Position numbers and translations under genes: made by a program. The notes below the pieces were generated by a model that saw only the letters and a list, made by a program, of their open reading frames with translations, did no database searches and was not told the origin of the DNA. Below, piece by piece: positions 1-10,129 of a stretch of DNA of 64,000 nucleotides. The stretch is taken from NCBI GenBank assembly GCA_040390725.1, contig JAZJXT010000004.1, positions 30,026 to 94,025 of the forward strand. Reading direction: 5' to 3'. Origin of the DNA: Patescibacteria group bacterium. GTDB lineage: Bacteria > Patescibacteriota > Minisyncoccia > Phycocordibacterales > UBA9973. Each line of letters begins with the position of its first letter. The stretch's first letter is position 1.

Positions 1-1614
1 ATAGGTGCAGGAAATACGGGTTTTAGTATTGCTCTGCCTTTTATTATTTTAATCATTCTAATAATTCTTGTTCGCGAAAGTTTAACTGTTGTCAGAAAAT
101 ATTTTATAGAAAATATAGCGACTCAGACAGAAAAGAAGCAAACTGTAAATGTCATTGAACATTTATTAAAGACAGATATTACGAATATCACAGGTCAGCA
201 AATAGGTTCTCTACATGGTAGGATTTTTCGTTCAATTCAGGGGTTAGTGCGTATAATAAAACTTGGCTTTTTAGATTTTTTCCCTGCATTCTTTAGCGCT
301 TTGGCTGCTATTGTGATAGCTTTATTTCAAAAACCATTTCTCGCTAGCATAATGATATTAGTTATTCCTACTGGGCTTTTTATTATTATCAAACAAGTTT
401 CTTCACAAAAGGGCATACGAGTGGCATTACTCCGCGGAAAGGAAAAAATCGACGGTACTGTGGTGGAAATGTTGGGCGGAATAGAAACAGTCAGAGTGCT
501 AAACACAGAGCAACAAGAAGTCGAAAGAATAGAAAATATTGCCGAAGAATTAAGAAAAAAAGAAATCAAGCATCATATTTCAATGTCGTTTTTCGATGCG
601 GGTAAATATTTAAATGAAGGATTTTTTTATATTCTTGTAATTTCTATTTCGATATTTTTATCAGCGGAGGGTGTCATCACTCGTGGAGATATTTTAGTTT
701 ATTCAATTTTGTTTTTGAGCATAACAGGACCATTGCGGGAAATTCATAGAATTCTCGATGAGGCGCATGAGAGTTCAATAAAAGTAAATGATTTATATGA
801 TTTACTTAATCAGCCAAAGGATATTTCCTTTTTAAGTTCTATTAGTACTGAAGGCGTAAATACAGAAAGTAATGAGGCAATTAAGGTAGATAATTTATCT
901 TTTTCGTATAGCGATAGAGATAGCAAGGTTTTAGATAATATAAATTTTGTAATAAAAAAGGGTGAAAAAATAGGTATTGCTGGCGCTTCCGGTTGTGGTA
1001 AGTCTACTCTAGTAAAAATAATTTTGCGGTTGGTTCATGATTATTCCGGAAAAGTTTATTTATTTGGCAGGGATTTAAATTTAATTAATAGAGGCGAAAT
1101 CGCAGATAGTATAGCTTATGTTCCACAGAAGACTTATATTTTTTCGGGGACAATAAAAGAAAATATAGTTTATGGATGTTCTCGTGAGAAAATTACTGAT
1201 GAAGAAATAAACAATGCAATAAAGTTGGCAAATTTGGACAATGAAGTTGAAAATTCCTTGGGTGGTTTGCTTGGAAAAGTTACGGAAAATGGAAATAATT
1301 TAAGCGGTGGACAAAAACAAAGGCTTGCAATTGCGAGATTGATATTAAAATCACCGGATATTTTGATTTTTGACGAAGCTACTTCTGCCCTAGATAATAC
1401 AAATGAAATTAAAATTCAGAAGAATATCGAGCAGTTATTTAAAGATAAAACATTGATTACAGTCGCGCACAGATTGACGACATTAAAGAATACAGACAGG
1501 ATATTTGTATTTGAAAAAGGTAAAATCGCGCAAGAGGGAACATATGAAAATTTATCAACCAGTAAAGGATTGTTTCAGGACTTCTTGAAGCAAAAAGTCG
1601 AAGAAGAAAATTAA
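1..1614 (+). CDS. ABC transporter, fused permease/ATP-binding subunit (exporter type). 5' end lies outside the window.
   Basis: Reading frame is open from base 1 and the upstream residues are hydrophobic TM-like. The C-terminal NBD has Walker A GASGCGKST, ABC signature LSGGQKQRLAIAR and Walker B ILIFDEATSALD. The ORF-track Met at 247 is internal. Confidence 0.85.
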   Translation: MGAGNTGFSIALPFIILIILIILVRESLTVVRKYFIENIATQTEKKQTVNVIEHLLKTDITNITGQQIGSLHGRIFRSIQGLVRIIKLGFLDFFPAFFSALAAIVIALFQKPFLASIMILVIPTGLFIIIKQVSSQKGIRVALLRGKEKIDGTVVEMLGGIETVRVLNTEQQEVERIENIAEELRKKEIKHHISMSFFDAGKYLNEGFFYILVISISIFLSAEGVITRGDILVYSILFLSITGPLREIHRILDEAHESSIKVNDLYDLLNQPKDISFLSSISTEGVNTESNEAIKVDNLSFSYSDRDSKVLDNINFVIKKGEKIGIAGASGCGKSTLVKIILRLVHDYSGKVYLFGRDLNLINRGEIADSIAYVPQKTYIFSGTIKENIVYGCSREKITDEEINNAIKLANLDNEVENSLGGLLGKVTENGNNLSGGQKQRLAIARLILKSPDILIFDEATSALDNTNEIKIQKNIEQLFKDKTLITVAHRLTTLKNTDRIFVFEKGKIAQEGTYENLSTSKGLFQDFLKQKVEEEN

Positions 1615-1636
1615 TAGAAAATTAAAAAACAAAAAT

Positions 1637-2068
1637 ATGAATGAAGAAATTATTAATTATATAAAAAGTCAGAGGGTTTGCGTGTTGGCAGTCGAGATGC
1701 TCGATGGTTCACCTCATGCCTCGACGGTGCATTTTGTGGAAACAGAAGACCCTATGGTATTTTTATTTGAAACTTATAGGGATTATCGTAAATGCGAACC
1801 GCTTTTCGGTAGAGAAATGAGCAGGGCCTCAATAGTTATTGGCTGTGATGAAGATACTATGAAAACATTGCAACTCGACGGGGAAGTGAGTTTGGTTAAA
1901 AAAGAAGACAATAAAATTTACGATTTATATTTCACTAAATTTCCAAACAAAAAAGAAAAGTCAGAAAAAATGGGAGATAAATTTGTACTGTTCACTTTTA
2001 AAGCAAAATGGTGGCGATTTACGGATTGGACTAAGCCCGAGGGGAAATTAATTATAACTTCGGAATAG
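1637..2068 (+). CDS. Small FMN-binding split-barrel protein (pyridoxamine 5'-phosphate oxidase-like / general stress protein 26-like)
   Basis: 143 aa. The N-terminal pattern (IKSQRVCVLAVEMLDGSPHASTVHFV) resembles the PNPOx-like family. Call rests on motif resemblance only. Confidence 0.4.
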   Translation: MNEEIINYIKSQRVCVLAVEMLDGSPHASTVHFVETEDPMVFLFETYRDYRKCEPLFGREMSRASIVIGCDEDTMKTLQLDGEVSLVKKEDNKIYDLYFTKFPNKKEKSEKMGDKFVLFTFKAKWWRFTDWTKPEGKLIITSE

Positions 2069-2924
2069 AAAACTTTTTTGACGCATCTATCCATTTTATT
2101 TCTTTGTCTCTTTTAAACCAAGTCATCTGTCGTTTTGAGTATTTGAAAATTTCCGAATTGAGGCGGGCGAGCATTTCTCCTTTGGTAATTTTCTTTTGTA
2201 AATACAGTGCCATATAGCGATATTCAAGGCCTAGTTCTTCCATTCTTTTCCAAGACAAACCTTGTTTATGCAGTTTCTTGGCTTCATTTAACATACCTTT
2301 TTTTATGCGTGCTAGTAGGCGAGTATGTATTTTTTCTGCCAAGATTTCTTTCGGTACATAAAGACCAATTTTAGTAAATTCATAAGGTAAGTTTTGTTTT
2401 TTGATTTTTGGCACTTTGCCCAATGCTTTAGCGATTTCTATTGCTCTTATTAATCTGATTTTATTTTTTGCATCAATAGTTTTTGCGCGGTTTTTGTCTA
2501 GAGTTTTTAAAATTTTAAAAAGTTCTAATTCTGATTTTTCATCTAAACTTTTCCGCAGTTTTTCATTCGGCGGAACTTCTGGCAAGATTATTCCATTCAC
2601 TACTGCATCAATATAAAATCCTGTGCCTCCACAAATTATTGGCACATTTCCACGTGTAATTATTTCTTCTATTTTTTTATTGGCAAGTTCTTTGTAGTCT
2701 GTGACGGTAAATTTATTTTTTGGGTTTGCGACGTCGAGTAAATGATGTGGTACACCCTGCATTTCTTTTTTAGTGATTTTCCCTGAGCCTATGTCGAGGC
2801 CTTTGTAGACTTGGCGAGAATCAGCGGAAATAACTTCGCCGTTAACCTTTCGGGCGATTTGAACAGCTAAATCACTTTTACCTGAAGAAGTCGGTCCTAA
2901 TATTACTATTATTTTAGGTTTCAT
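2052..2924 (-). CDS. miaA: tRNA dimethylallyltransferase
   Basis: P-loop GPTSSGKS at the N-terminus and an IICGGTGFY motif, at the typical MiaA length (290 aa). Confidence 0.9.
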   Translation of the reverse strand: MKPKIIVILGPTSSGKSDLAVQIARKVNGEVISADSRQVYKGLDIGSGKITKKEMQGVPHHLLDVANPKNKFTVTDYKELANKKIEEIITRGNVPIICGGTGFYIDAVVNGIILPEVPPNEKLRKSLDEKSELELFKILKTLDKNRAKTIDAKNKIRLIRAIEIAKALGKVPKIKKQNLPYEFTKIGLYVPKEILAEKIHTRLLARIKKGMLNEAKKLHKQGLSWKRMEELGLEYRYMALYLQKKITKGEMLARLNSEIFKYSKRQMTWFKRDKEIKWIDASKKFSIPKL

Positions 2925-4264
2925 TATTTTATAACTTTTATATCAGCACCGATAGAATTTAATCTTTTAACAATTTCTTCATAACCGCGATTGATCATAT
3001 ATACATTTCTTAAAATTGAAGTGCCTTTTGCGCCTAGCATCGCTATCATTATGACCATCGAAGGGCGTAGTGCCGGCGGGCAGACTATTTGTGCAGGCTT
3101 TAGGGCATGACCACCTTCGATGAAGACTCTATGCGGGTCAGCGAGGGTTACTTGCGCATCCATCCTATTTAATTCGGTTAAATATATTGCGCGGTTCTCA
3201 TAACTCCAGTCATGGATAAGAGTTTGACCTTTTGCCTTCATTGCCGGAATTGCGAAAAAGGGAAGGTTGTCCATATTTATTCCTGGATAGGGGTTGGCAT
3301 GAATTTTGTCATCGAGAGCAATAAGTTTTGAAGGATAGATAGTAATGTCCGCGAGGTTTGTATTGCCATTTTTACTTTTATAAATTTTTGAAGTTTCATA
3401 TTTCAAACCCATCTTGCCCATTTTATAAAGTTCGAGCTCCATAAAATTTATCGGTACATTGGTGATTTTTAATTTTGAATCAGTGGCAATAGCGGCAGAG
3501 ACAAACATCATTGATTCTATCGGGTCTTCGCTATTGTAGTATTCAATAGTTTTATTTATTTCTTTTACTCCATGAACTGTCAAAGTGGAAGATCCTATGC
3601 CTTCGATTTTTACCCCGCATTTTTCCAAAAAGAAGCATAGCTCTTGCACCATATAATTTGAACTGGAGAATTTAATAACAGTTTTACCCGGGATTTTAGC
3701 GCAAGCTGTCAGTACATTTTCTACCGCAGTATCACCGGCTTCATACATTATTATCTCAGCCGGTTTTAATTTCTTTGCATTTATTTGATAATCTTCTTGA
3801 GTAACTTTTATATTGATACCGAGTTCTTCCAATGCATAGCTGTGCGCAGCGATAGTGCGTTTACCGAGGTGGCAACCGCTAGCGTGGGGAATGTTGAAAG
3901 AGGGAATTAAATGCGCCAAAGGACCTATAATCATCAAAATCGAGCGAGTTTTTATGGCTGATTCTTTGTTTAAATTTTTTAAATTAATTTCTTTTGATTT
4001 TTTTGGTGGAATTATTTCTAAAGAATTTTGTCCCGTCCAAGATATTTTTACCCCGATGCTTTCAAGGATTTCTATAACCCTAAAAACTTCTTCAATGCGC
4101 GCAATGTTGTGCAAAATTGTTTTTCCATTATTTAATAATGAAGCGCAAAGTAAACCCACCGAGCCATTTTTAGAATACCCAGTGCGTATTGTTCCTGATA
4201 ATTTCTTCCCGCCTTTTATTTCAAAATCAACAGAAGTATTTTTTTTGATTATTTTATTTTTCAT
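2924..4264 (-). CDS. murA: UDP-N-acetylglucosamine 1-carboxyvinyltransferase
   Basis: EPSP-synthase-fold protein; KLSGTIRTGYSKNGSVGLLCASLL matches the MurA N-terminal motif. The ORF-track start at 4342 runs through a tRNA; the real start is the internal Met (MKNKIIKK) at 4264. Confidence 0.85.
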   Translation of the reverse strand: MKNKIIKKNTSVDFEIKGGKKLSGTIRTGYSKNGSVGLLCASLLNNGKTILHNIARIEEVFRVIEILESIGVKISWTGQNSLEIIPPKKSKEINLKNLNKESAIKTRSILMIIGPLAHLIPSFNIPHASGCHLGKRTIAAHSYALEELGINIKVTQEDYQINAKKLKPAEIIMYEAGDTAVENVLTACAKIPGKTVIKFSSSNYMVQELCFFLEKCGVKIEGIGSSTLTVHGVKEINKTIEYYNSEDPIESMMFVSAAIATDSKLKITNVPINFMELELYKMGKMGLKYETSKIYKSKNGNTNLADITIYPSKLIALDDKIHANPYPGINMDNLPFFAIPAMKAKGQTLIHDWSYENRAIYLTELNRMDAQVTLADPHRVFIEGGHALKPAQIVCPPALRPSMVIMIAMLGAKGTSILRNVYMINRGYEEIVKRLNSIGADIKVIK

Positions 4265-4267
4265 TTG

Positions 4268-4348
4268 TGCCTGGGAGAGGACTCGAACCTCCACCCCTTG
4301 CGAGAGACGATTTTGAGTCGTCCGCGTATACCATTCCGCCACCCAGGC
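4268..4348 (-). tRNA. tRNA-Leu (anticodon CAA), type II with long variable arm
   Basis: Cloverleaf folded by hand: acceptor GCCTGGG/CCCAGGC, D stem GCG/CGC, anticodon stem GACGA/TCGTC with loop CTCAAAA (anticodon CAA), 13-nt variable arm, T arm GGAGG-TTCGAGT-CCTCT, discriminator A. Ends 3 nt before the murA start codon. Confidence 0.8.
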
Positions 4349-4433
4349 ATTTGCCTATAATATCTTAAATTTTAATAAAAATCAACAGGTTATTAACGTT
4401 TTGATAATTTTTTTTATGTGCTAAAATGTCCCT

Positions 4434-5456
4434 ATGTCTAATTTATATTCCAATTCAATATTCTGGATCGACACGGATAAAATCAAACCGAATCCTTATC
4501 AGCCACGCCGGGAATTTGATGAAGCTCGTCTTCGTGATTTAGCTGACTCTATTCGCCAATATGGCATCTTGCAACCGCTCACAGTTTCTCGTTTAGAGGT
4601 GGAAAAAGCAGAAGGCGGATTACTGACCGAATATGAGCTCATTGCTGGTGAGCGACGTCTTCGCGCAGCGATGCTTGCGGGAGTTTCTCAAGTGCCGGCT
4701 ATCATCCGCGTCGGGGACTCTAATATGATGAAGCTCGAGCTTGCGATATTGGAGAACTTGCAAAGAGAAGATTTGAATGCCGTTGACCGCGCTAGAGCAT
4801 TTTTCAAATTGGCAAGTGAATTTAAATTTACTCACAATGAAATAGCAAAAAAAATGGGCCGAAGCAGGGAATACGTTTCTAATTCTTTGCGCATACTTGC
4901 ATTGCCGGAAGAAATTTTAAATGCATTGTCGGAGGGAAAAATAACCGAAGGACACACTAGGCCGATACTGATGCTTACAGATCATCCAGCAGAACAACTC
5001 GTTTTATTTAAAGAAATTTTATACAAGAAAATAACTGTGCGTGAGGCAGAAAGACTCGCAAGAAAAATCGCTTTTGACAGAGTAAGGAAGAAAGAATTTA
5101 TGCCGGATCCAGAAATAGTGGAACTCGAAGAAGAATTGCAAGATAAATTTGGTACTCGAGTGCACATAGACAGAAAAGAATTGGGCGGACAAATTAAAAT
5201 TGACTTTTTCTCAAATGAAGATTTGCGCGCTATTTTAGATATGATAGGAAAGGCAACAGTAGAAAAAAAACCTACAGATATGATGGATAATCACATCGCT
5301 AAAAATGCAGAGTCAATAAATAATGTTTCAGAAAATAAAATAGAATCAGTAGATCCTATGACTGTGGATGAAAATCAAAATCCTATAGATGACAGTACTG
5401 CTGAGGACGCAAAAGATGATGAGAATCTTTACAATATTTCTAATTTTAGCGTTTAA
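4434..5456 (+). CDS. parB: Chromosome partitioning protein ParB/Spo0J
   Basis: ParB box IDTDKIKPNPYQPRREF, LQPLTV, ELIAGERRLRAA; HTH region; acidic C-terminal tail. Confidence 0.85.
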   Translation: MSNLYSNSIFWIDTDKIKPNPYQPRREFDEARLRDLADSIRQYGILQPLTVSRLEVEKAEGGLLTEYELIAGERRLRAAMLAGVSQVPAIIRVGDSNMMKLELAILENLQREDLNAVDRARAFFKLASEFKFTHNEIAKKMGRSREYVSNSLRILALPEEILNALSEGKITEGHTRPILMLTDHPAEQLVLFKEILYKKITVREAERLARKIAFDRVRKKEFMPDPEIVELEEELQDKFGTRVHIDRKELGGQIKIDFFSNEDLRAILDMIGKATVEKKPTDMMDNHIAKNAESINNVSENKIESVDPMTVDENQNPIDDSTAEDAKDDENLYNISNFSV

Positions 5457-5471
5457 ACTTAAGAACAAAAT

Positions 5472-6932
5472 TTAAGAATTACCCATTGATTTTAGTCGGC
5501 TCAATAAGCTGTGTTTTTCTTCGTAAGATTTTATATTTTTTTTGGCCATTGTTGTTTTGGCAAATTCGAGCCACTTGCTCGATGGGTGAGCGTCTTTTCT
5601 CGTAACTATTTCTACAATGTCACCATTTTTTAAACTTGCGCTAATGGTAGCCATTTTGCCATTTATTTTAGCGCTAGAAGTATGATCACCAATATCAGAA
5701 TGTATGGCATAAGCAAAATCAACAGGCGTGGAATCTTCGGGCAAATCCACTACATCACCCTTTGGGGTAAAAATAAAAATACGATCATTAAAAAAGTCCA
5801 TTTTTAAATGTTCAATAAAACTTTGCGGTTCATTTGCCACATCTTTCAAATCTTTCAGTTCTTCCAGCCATTCTATCTTTGATTTATTTTTCATTTTTCC
5901 GCGTTCCTTGTAAGCGAAATGTGCTGCGACTCCATACGAAGCTTCTGTGTGCATCTCTTTTGTTTTAATTTGTATTTCAGCTATGCCACCAGAACCTGTA
6001 AATACGGTAGTGTGTATAGAGCGATAACCATTTGGTTTTGGCACAGCTATGTAGTCTTTGATTCTACCCGGTAATGGTTTCCATATTGAATGTATTAATC
6101 CTAAAATTTTATAACATTCGTCCATGGTGTTTACAATGACTCGGAGCGCCACTACGTCATATATTTTATCTATATCCATATCGTAACGTAAAAGTTTTTT
6201 ATACAAACTATATTTATGTTTCATTCTGTAGTCTATTTTTTCTACATTTATTTTATTTCTTTTCAATTCTTTTTCGAGTCCTTCACGCACTTCATTTAAA
6301 TATTTTTGAAATAAATCTTTTTTTTCTTTTATAATTTCTTCCGTTTGAGCATACTCTGCAGGGTACGCAAAAGGGAAGGCCGCATCCTCAATTTCGCCTT
6401 TTAATTTCCCCATACCGAGGCGGTTCGCCAGTGGCGCATACACTTCGATGGATTCAATCGCTATTCTTTGTCTTTTATCTTCGCGTACATGTTCTAGGGT
6501 TTTCAGATTGTGCAATCTGTCCGCAAATTTTATCATCACCACACGTATGTCATTTGCAACTGCGACGAAAAATTTGCGTAAGCTTTCTACGTGCCTCTCA
6601 CTGCCGTGATATTTTAGCTTGCCGAGCTTTGTCACACCATTTACCAAAACAACAATTTCTTTTCCAAATTCTTTCTCTAATTCTTTTTCTGGAGTTTTTG
6701 TGTCTTCTAAAACATCGTGCAAGAATCCTGCGGCGACTGTCTTTGCATCCATTCCAAATTTTGATAAATTTTTCGCTGTTTCAAAAACGTGCGTGAAATA
6801 TGGCTCTCCACTATTGCGCAACTGTCCCTCGTGCGCTTTCAAAGCGAAACCATAAGCTTTTTCAATAAGCTCTTTGTCCTTAGGTTTAAACTCTTTCATT
6901 AAATTAAATATTTCGTTTATATCTATTACCAT
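5472..6932 (-). CDS. rel: Short bifunctional (p)ppGpp synthetase/hydrolase (RelA/SpoT homolog) with HD, synthetase and TGS domains, lacking the C-terminal ACT/RRM region
   Basis: HD motif FLHDVLEDT, RelA/SpoT synthetase core (YRSIHTTV, DxxxD region) and a TGS-like segment (IFTPKGDVVDLPEDSTPVDFAYAIHSDIGD). 486 aa versus ~700+ for canonical Rel. Confidence 0.85.
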   Translation of the reverse strand: MVIDINEIFNLMKEFKPKDKELIEKAYGFALKAHEGQLRNSGEPYFTHVFETAKNLSKFGMDAKTVAAGFLHDVLEDTKTPEKELEKEFGKEIVVLVNGVTKLGKLKYHGSERHVESLRKFFVAVANDIRVVMIKFADRLHNLKTLEHVREDKRQRIAIESIEVYAPLANRLGMGKLKGEIEDAAFPFAYPAEYAQTEEIIKEKKDLFQKYLNEVREGLEKELKRNKINVEKIDYRMKHKYSLYKKLLRYDMDIDKIYDVVALRVIVNTMDECYKILGLIHSIWKPLPGRIKDYIAVPKPNGYRSIHTTVFTGSGGIAEIQIKTKEMHTEASYGVAAHFAYKERGKMKNKSKIEWLEELKDLKDVANEPQSFIEHLKMDFFNDRIFIFTPKGDVVDLPEDSTPVDFAYAIHSDIGDHTSSAKINGKMATISASLKNGDIVEIVTRKDAHPSSKWLEFAKTTMAKKNIKSYEEKHSLLSRLKSMGNS

Positions 6933-6949
6933 AAACCTATTATAACAGT

Positions 6950-9181
6950 TTATTGCATTTTGTTTAACTTATGTGGGTTGTGCATTTTACAGAGTTTGTT
7001 TGAGCAACGTTCAGGTATTGTTTTTGTGCCTTCCATCATTAAGGATTGGCAGAGTTCGCAAATGCGCCCTGTTGGCTTTGCTTTTATCGCGTTTTTACAA
7101 TCGGGATAATTCGAGCAGGAATAAAATATACCAAAACGTCCTCGGCGCTCCATCATTTTGCCTTTTTGACAAACAGGGCAGGTGACATCGGTCATTTTTC
7201 TTTTTATTTCTTCTTCATCTTGTTTTATAAATTTGCATTTTGGATAACGTGAGCAGGAAATGAATGTGCCTGTACCATCGCGTCTTTCTCGTATCACTAG
7301 TTTACCTCCGACAGCATTTCCTTTTCTATCTTTTTTATTTCCGCAAGTCGGACATATTTCGCCTGTTTCTTTTGGACCTTGGAGTTCTGTGCCGTCGAGC
7401 ATCAAGGCTCCATCGCATTCCGGATAATTTGCACAAGAATAAAATTTCCCCGCGCGGGCGAGCTTGATTATCATTTTGCCTCCGCACTTTGGACATTTTA
7501 TGTCATCCGGCGCATCGCCCATATTTGTGGCTTTTTCCAATTTATCTTTTTCTTTTACTTCTTTCAAGAATGGCCCATAGAAATCTTTCAAAGTTTTTTC
7601 ATATTCTCTTTCGCCTCTGGAAATATCATCGAGCTTGTCTTCCATTTCGGCTGTGAAAGTGTCCGATATATAAGTAGGGAAATTTTTCTCAAGAAAATCA
7701 GAAACGACTTCACCTGTGTCAGTAGGGAATAATGTCTTGCCTTCTTTGCGTACATAACCGCGGTCTTCAATAGTGCGCATAATAGATGCATAAGTCGAAG
7801 GTCGGCCGATGCCTCGCGCTTCGAGTTCTTTCACAAGTCCGGCCTCACTGTATCTGCCTGGCGGTTGAGTTTCTTTTGCTATGCTTATCAAATCAATCAA
7901 AGAAAGTTTCTCGCCTTTTTTAACTTCTGGTAATTCCACATCTTCTCCGCGAGCATCAGCATCTACTTTGAGCCAGCCGGGGAAAAGAACACGCGAACCG
8001 TTTGCGGAGAATTCAGGAATTTCTTCGTGACCTTCCACAACAGCAGAAATTTTTGTTTTCAATAACTTCGCATCAGTCATCTGTGAAGACACTGCGCGTT
8101 CCCAAATAAGTTTATAAAGTCTTTCTTGTTCTTGAGTGCCGGCGTGCATATTTTCTATGTGTGTAGGGCGGATAGCTTCGTGCGCTTCTTGGGCATTTTT
8201 GCTTTTTGTCTTATATATATGAGCCTCGGCGTATTCTTTGCCGTATTTTTTTTCTACAAGGTCTAAGATTTGTTTTTGCGCGACAGCTGATAAATTTGTC
8301 GAATCTGTACGCATATATGTGATATGTCCGGCTTCGTAAAGTTTCTGCGCGATTTGCATCGTGCGTGAAGGGGAATATCCCAGGCGCGAGCTGGCTGTTT
8401 GTTGGAGTGTTGAGGTCGTAAACGGCGCGCGAGGAGAACGTTTTTGTTCAGTTTCTTTTATACCGGCTACAATCCAATTTCCTTTTTTCCCAATTTCTAA
8501 AATATTTTCAACGAATTTTTCATCACGCGGTTCTTCGTTGCAAGTGAGCGTAATTCTGTCTTTTTTTAATGTATCAAAAAGCCCTTCGAGCACCCAGTAT
8601 TTTTCCGGAATAAATGCGCGGATTTCTCTTTCGCGTTCCATTATTATGCGAAGAGCGGGGGATTGCACGCGTCCTGCGGAAAGCCCATAGCGAACTTTTT
8701 TCCAAATTATTCCCGATAAATCATAACCCACTAATCTGTCCAAAACTCTCCTCGCTTCTTGAGCCTTCCGCAAATCAGTATCTATCGCTCGCGGATGCAG
8801 TAATGCTTCCTCTACGGCTTCTTTTGTAATTTCGTGAAAGGTCACGCGTTTTATAGGAGCTTTTACTTTCTTGTCGGCATTCAAAAGTTCTTCGATGTGC
8901 CAAGCTATCGCTTCACCTTCTCGGTCAGGGTCAGTCGCTAACATTATTTCCTTTGCTTTTTCTGCGAGGCCTTGGAGTTCATGAACGACTTTTTCTTTTC
9001 CTTTTGAGATTTCGTAATGAGGCACAAAACCAGCTTCGATGTCTATCGCTTTTTTATTTGATTTCGGCAAATCACGAACGTGTCCGACACTCGCGCGCAC
9101 AGTAAAAGCGCCGTCGAGATACTTCTCAATCGTCTTTGCTTTTGATGGTGATTCCACAATTAATAATTTCATAACCCACAC
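6950..9181 (-). CDS. topA: DNA topoisomerase I with C-terminal zinc-ribbon repeats
   Basis: Toprim KLLIVESPSKAKTIEKYL, catalytic region GYSPSRTMQIAQKLYE, multiple C4 zinc fingers at the C-terminus. Confidence 0.9.
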   Translation of the reverse strand: MWVMKLLIVESPSKAKTIEKYLDGAFTVRASVGHVRDLPKSNKKAIDIEAGFVPHYEISKGKEKVVHELQGLAEKAKEIMLATDPDREGEAIAWHIEELLNADKKVKAPIKRVTFHEITKEAVEEALLHPRAIDTDLRKAQEARRVLDRLVGYDLSGIIWKKVRYGLSAGRVQSPALRIIMEREREIRAFIPEKYWVLEGLFDTLKKDRITLTCNEEPRDEKFVENILEIGKKGNWIVAGIKETEQKRSPRAPFTTSTLQQTASSRLGYSPSRTMQIAQKLYEAGHITYMRTDSTNLSAVAQKQILDLVEKKYGKEYAEAHIYKTKSKNAQEAHEAIRPTHIENMHAGTQEQERLYKLIWERAVSSQMTDAKLLKTKISAVVEGHEEIPEFSANGSRVLFPGWLKVDADARGEDVELPEVKKGEKLSLIDLISIAKETQPPGRYSEAGLVKELEARGIGRPSTYASIMRTIEDRGYVRKEGKTLFPTDTGEVVSDFLEKNFPTYISDTFTAEMEDKLDDISRGEREYEKTLKDFYGPFLKEVKEKDKLEKATNMGDAPDDIKCPKCGGKMIIKLARAGKFYSCANYPECDGALMLDGTELQGPKETGEICPTCGNKKDRKGNAVGGKLVIRERRDGTGTFISCSRYPKCKFIKQDEEEIKRKMTDVTCPVCQKGKMMERRGRFGIFYSCSNYPDCKNAIKAKPTGRICELCQSLMMEGTKTIPERCSNKLCKMHNPHKLNKMQ

Positions 9182-9230
9182 AGTATTACATGAAGTCTAC
9201 TTTTTTTGCAAATTTATTTTAAAAATTCAT

Positions 9231-10094
9231 TTAGGCATTTAGCCTAATCTCACCCATTTCTTCTTTTATTAATTCTTTTATTTCCATTACGGAAAGAATC
9301 GCATTTGCATTTGAAGTCGGCATTTTCATCGCTCGGATCAATTCATCTCTAGGTATCGGCTCGCGGAGTAAATCAACAACTATTTTTTCTTCTTTTGATA
9401 AATCTTCAAAAAGTTTCATTTGTTTATTCTCATCAGTCGGCAGAGAAAAACCTAATGCTTCCAAAACATCTTCGGCGCAGGTCACAGGCGTCGCTCCTTG
9501 GCGGATTAATTTATTTGTGCCTTTGGAGCTCGGTGAAAATACCGAGCCGGGCACTGCGAGCAAATCTCTGTTGTATTCAGTAGTGAGGCGCGCGGTGATG
9601 AGTGTACCGGATCTTTCTTCGGCTTCGATGACGAGGGTTGCTTTGCAAAGTCCCGCCATCAATCTATTCCTCATAGGGAAGCTCCACTGCGTGGCTTTGA
9701 AATCCGGTTCAAATTCTGAAATCAAACATCCACCGGCATCAATAACTTCGCGCATCATTCGCACATTTGTTTTCGGATACATTGCCTCCGCGGAAAGTCC
9801 CGAGCCGGGGAATACTAAAGTTTTTAAATTCATCTGCATAGCTTTTTTATGTGCGATGGTGTCTATGCCCATAGCAAAACCAGAGACTATCGCTATCGGG
9901 TAGCCTTTTAGCCCTGTGATTATTTTTTCACAAATTTCTTTTCCGTATGAAGTGAATTTCCTCGAACCGACAACGCATAAATAAATAAGTTCCTCGGTAG
10001 GCAAGTCACCAATAATCCAAAGATCTTCCGGCGGTTGCGGAATTTCCAAAAGCTGACTCGGGAATTTGTTTTTTGGTAGTTTTTTAATTTGCAC
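9231..10094 (-). CDS. dprA: DNA processing protein DprA (Smf)
   Basis: Rossmann-like DprA core: VVGSRKFTSYGKEICEKI ... AIVSGFAMGIDTIAHK ... GTLITARLTTEYNRDLLAVPG. Confidence 0.85.
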   Translation of the reverse strand: MQIKKLPKNKFPSQLLEIPQPPEDLWIIGDLPTEELIYLCVVGSRKFTSYGKEICEKIITGLKGYPIAIVSGFAMGIDTIAHKKAMQMNLKTLVFPGSGLSAEAMYPKTNVRMMREVIDAGGCLISEFEPDFKATQWSFPMRNRLMAGLCKATLVIEAEERSGTLITARLTTEYNRDLLAVPGSVFSPSSKGTNKLIRQGATPVTCAEDVLEALGFSLPTDENKQMKLFEDLSKEEKIVVDLLREPIPRDELIRAMKMPTSNANAILSVMEIKELIKEEMGEIRLNA

Positions 10095-10129
10095 TTTTCT
10101 ATTTTAGCACTTTAGTATATAATGGGGAA

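Noticed and set aside
327-569. 80-aa minus-strand ORF
   Set aside because: Antisense to the ABC transporter coding region; typical shadow ORF.
3855-4316. 153-aa plus-strand ORF overlapping murA and the tRNA
   Set aside because: Antisense to murA and reads through tRNA-Leu; not credible.
2924-4342. Track version of murA extending to 4342
   Set aside because: The first 26 codons are the reverse complement of tRNA-Leu(CAA). True start is the internal Met at 4264.
7046-8829. Multiple 60-120-aa ORFs on the plus strand inside topA
   Set aside because: All lie antisense within the well-supported topA frame; low-complexity shadow ORFs.
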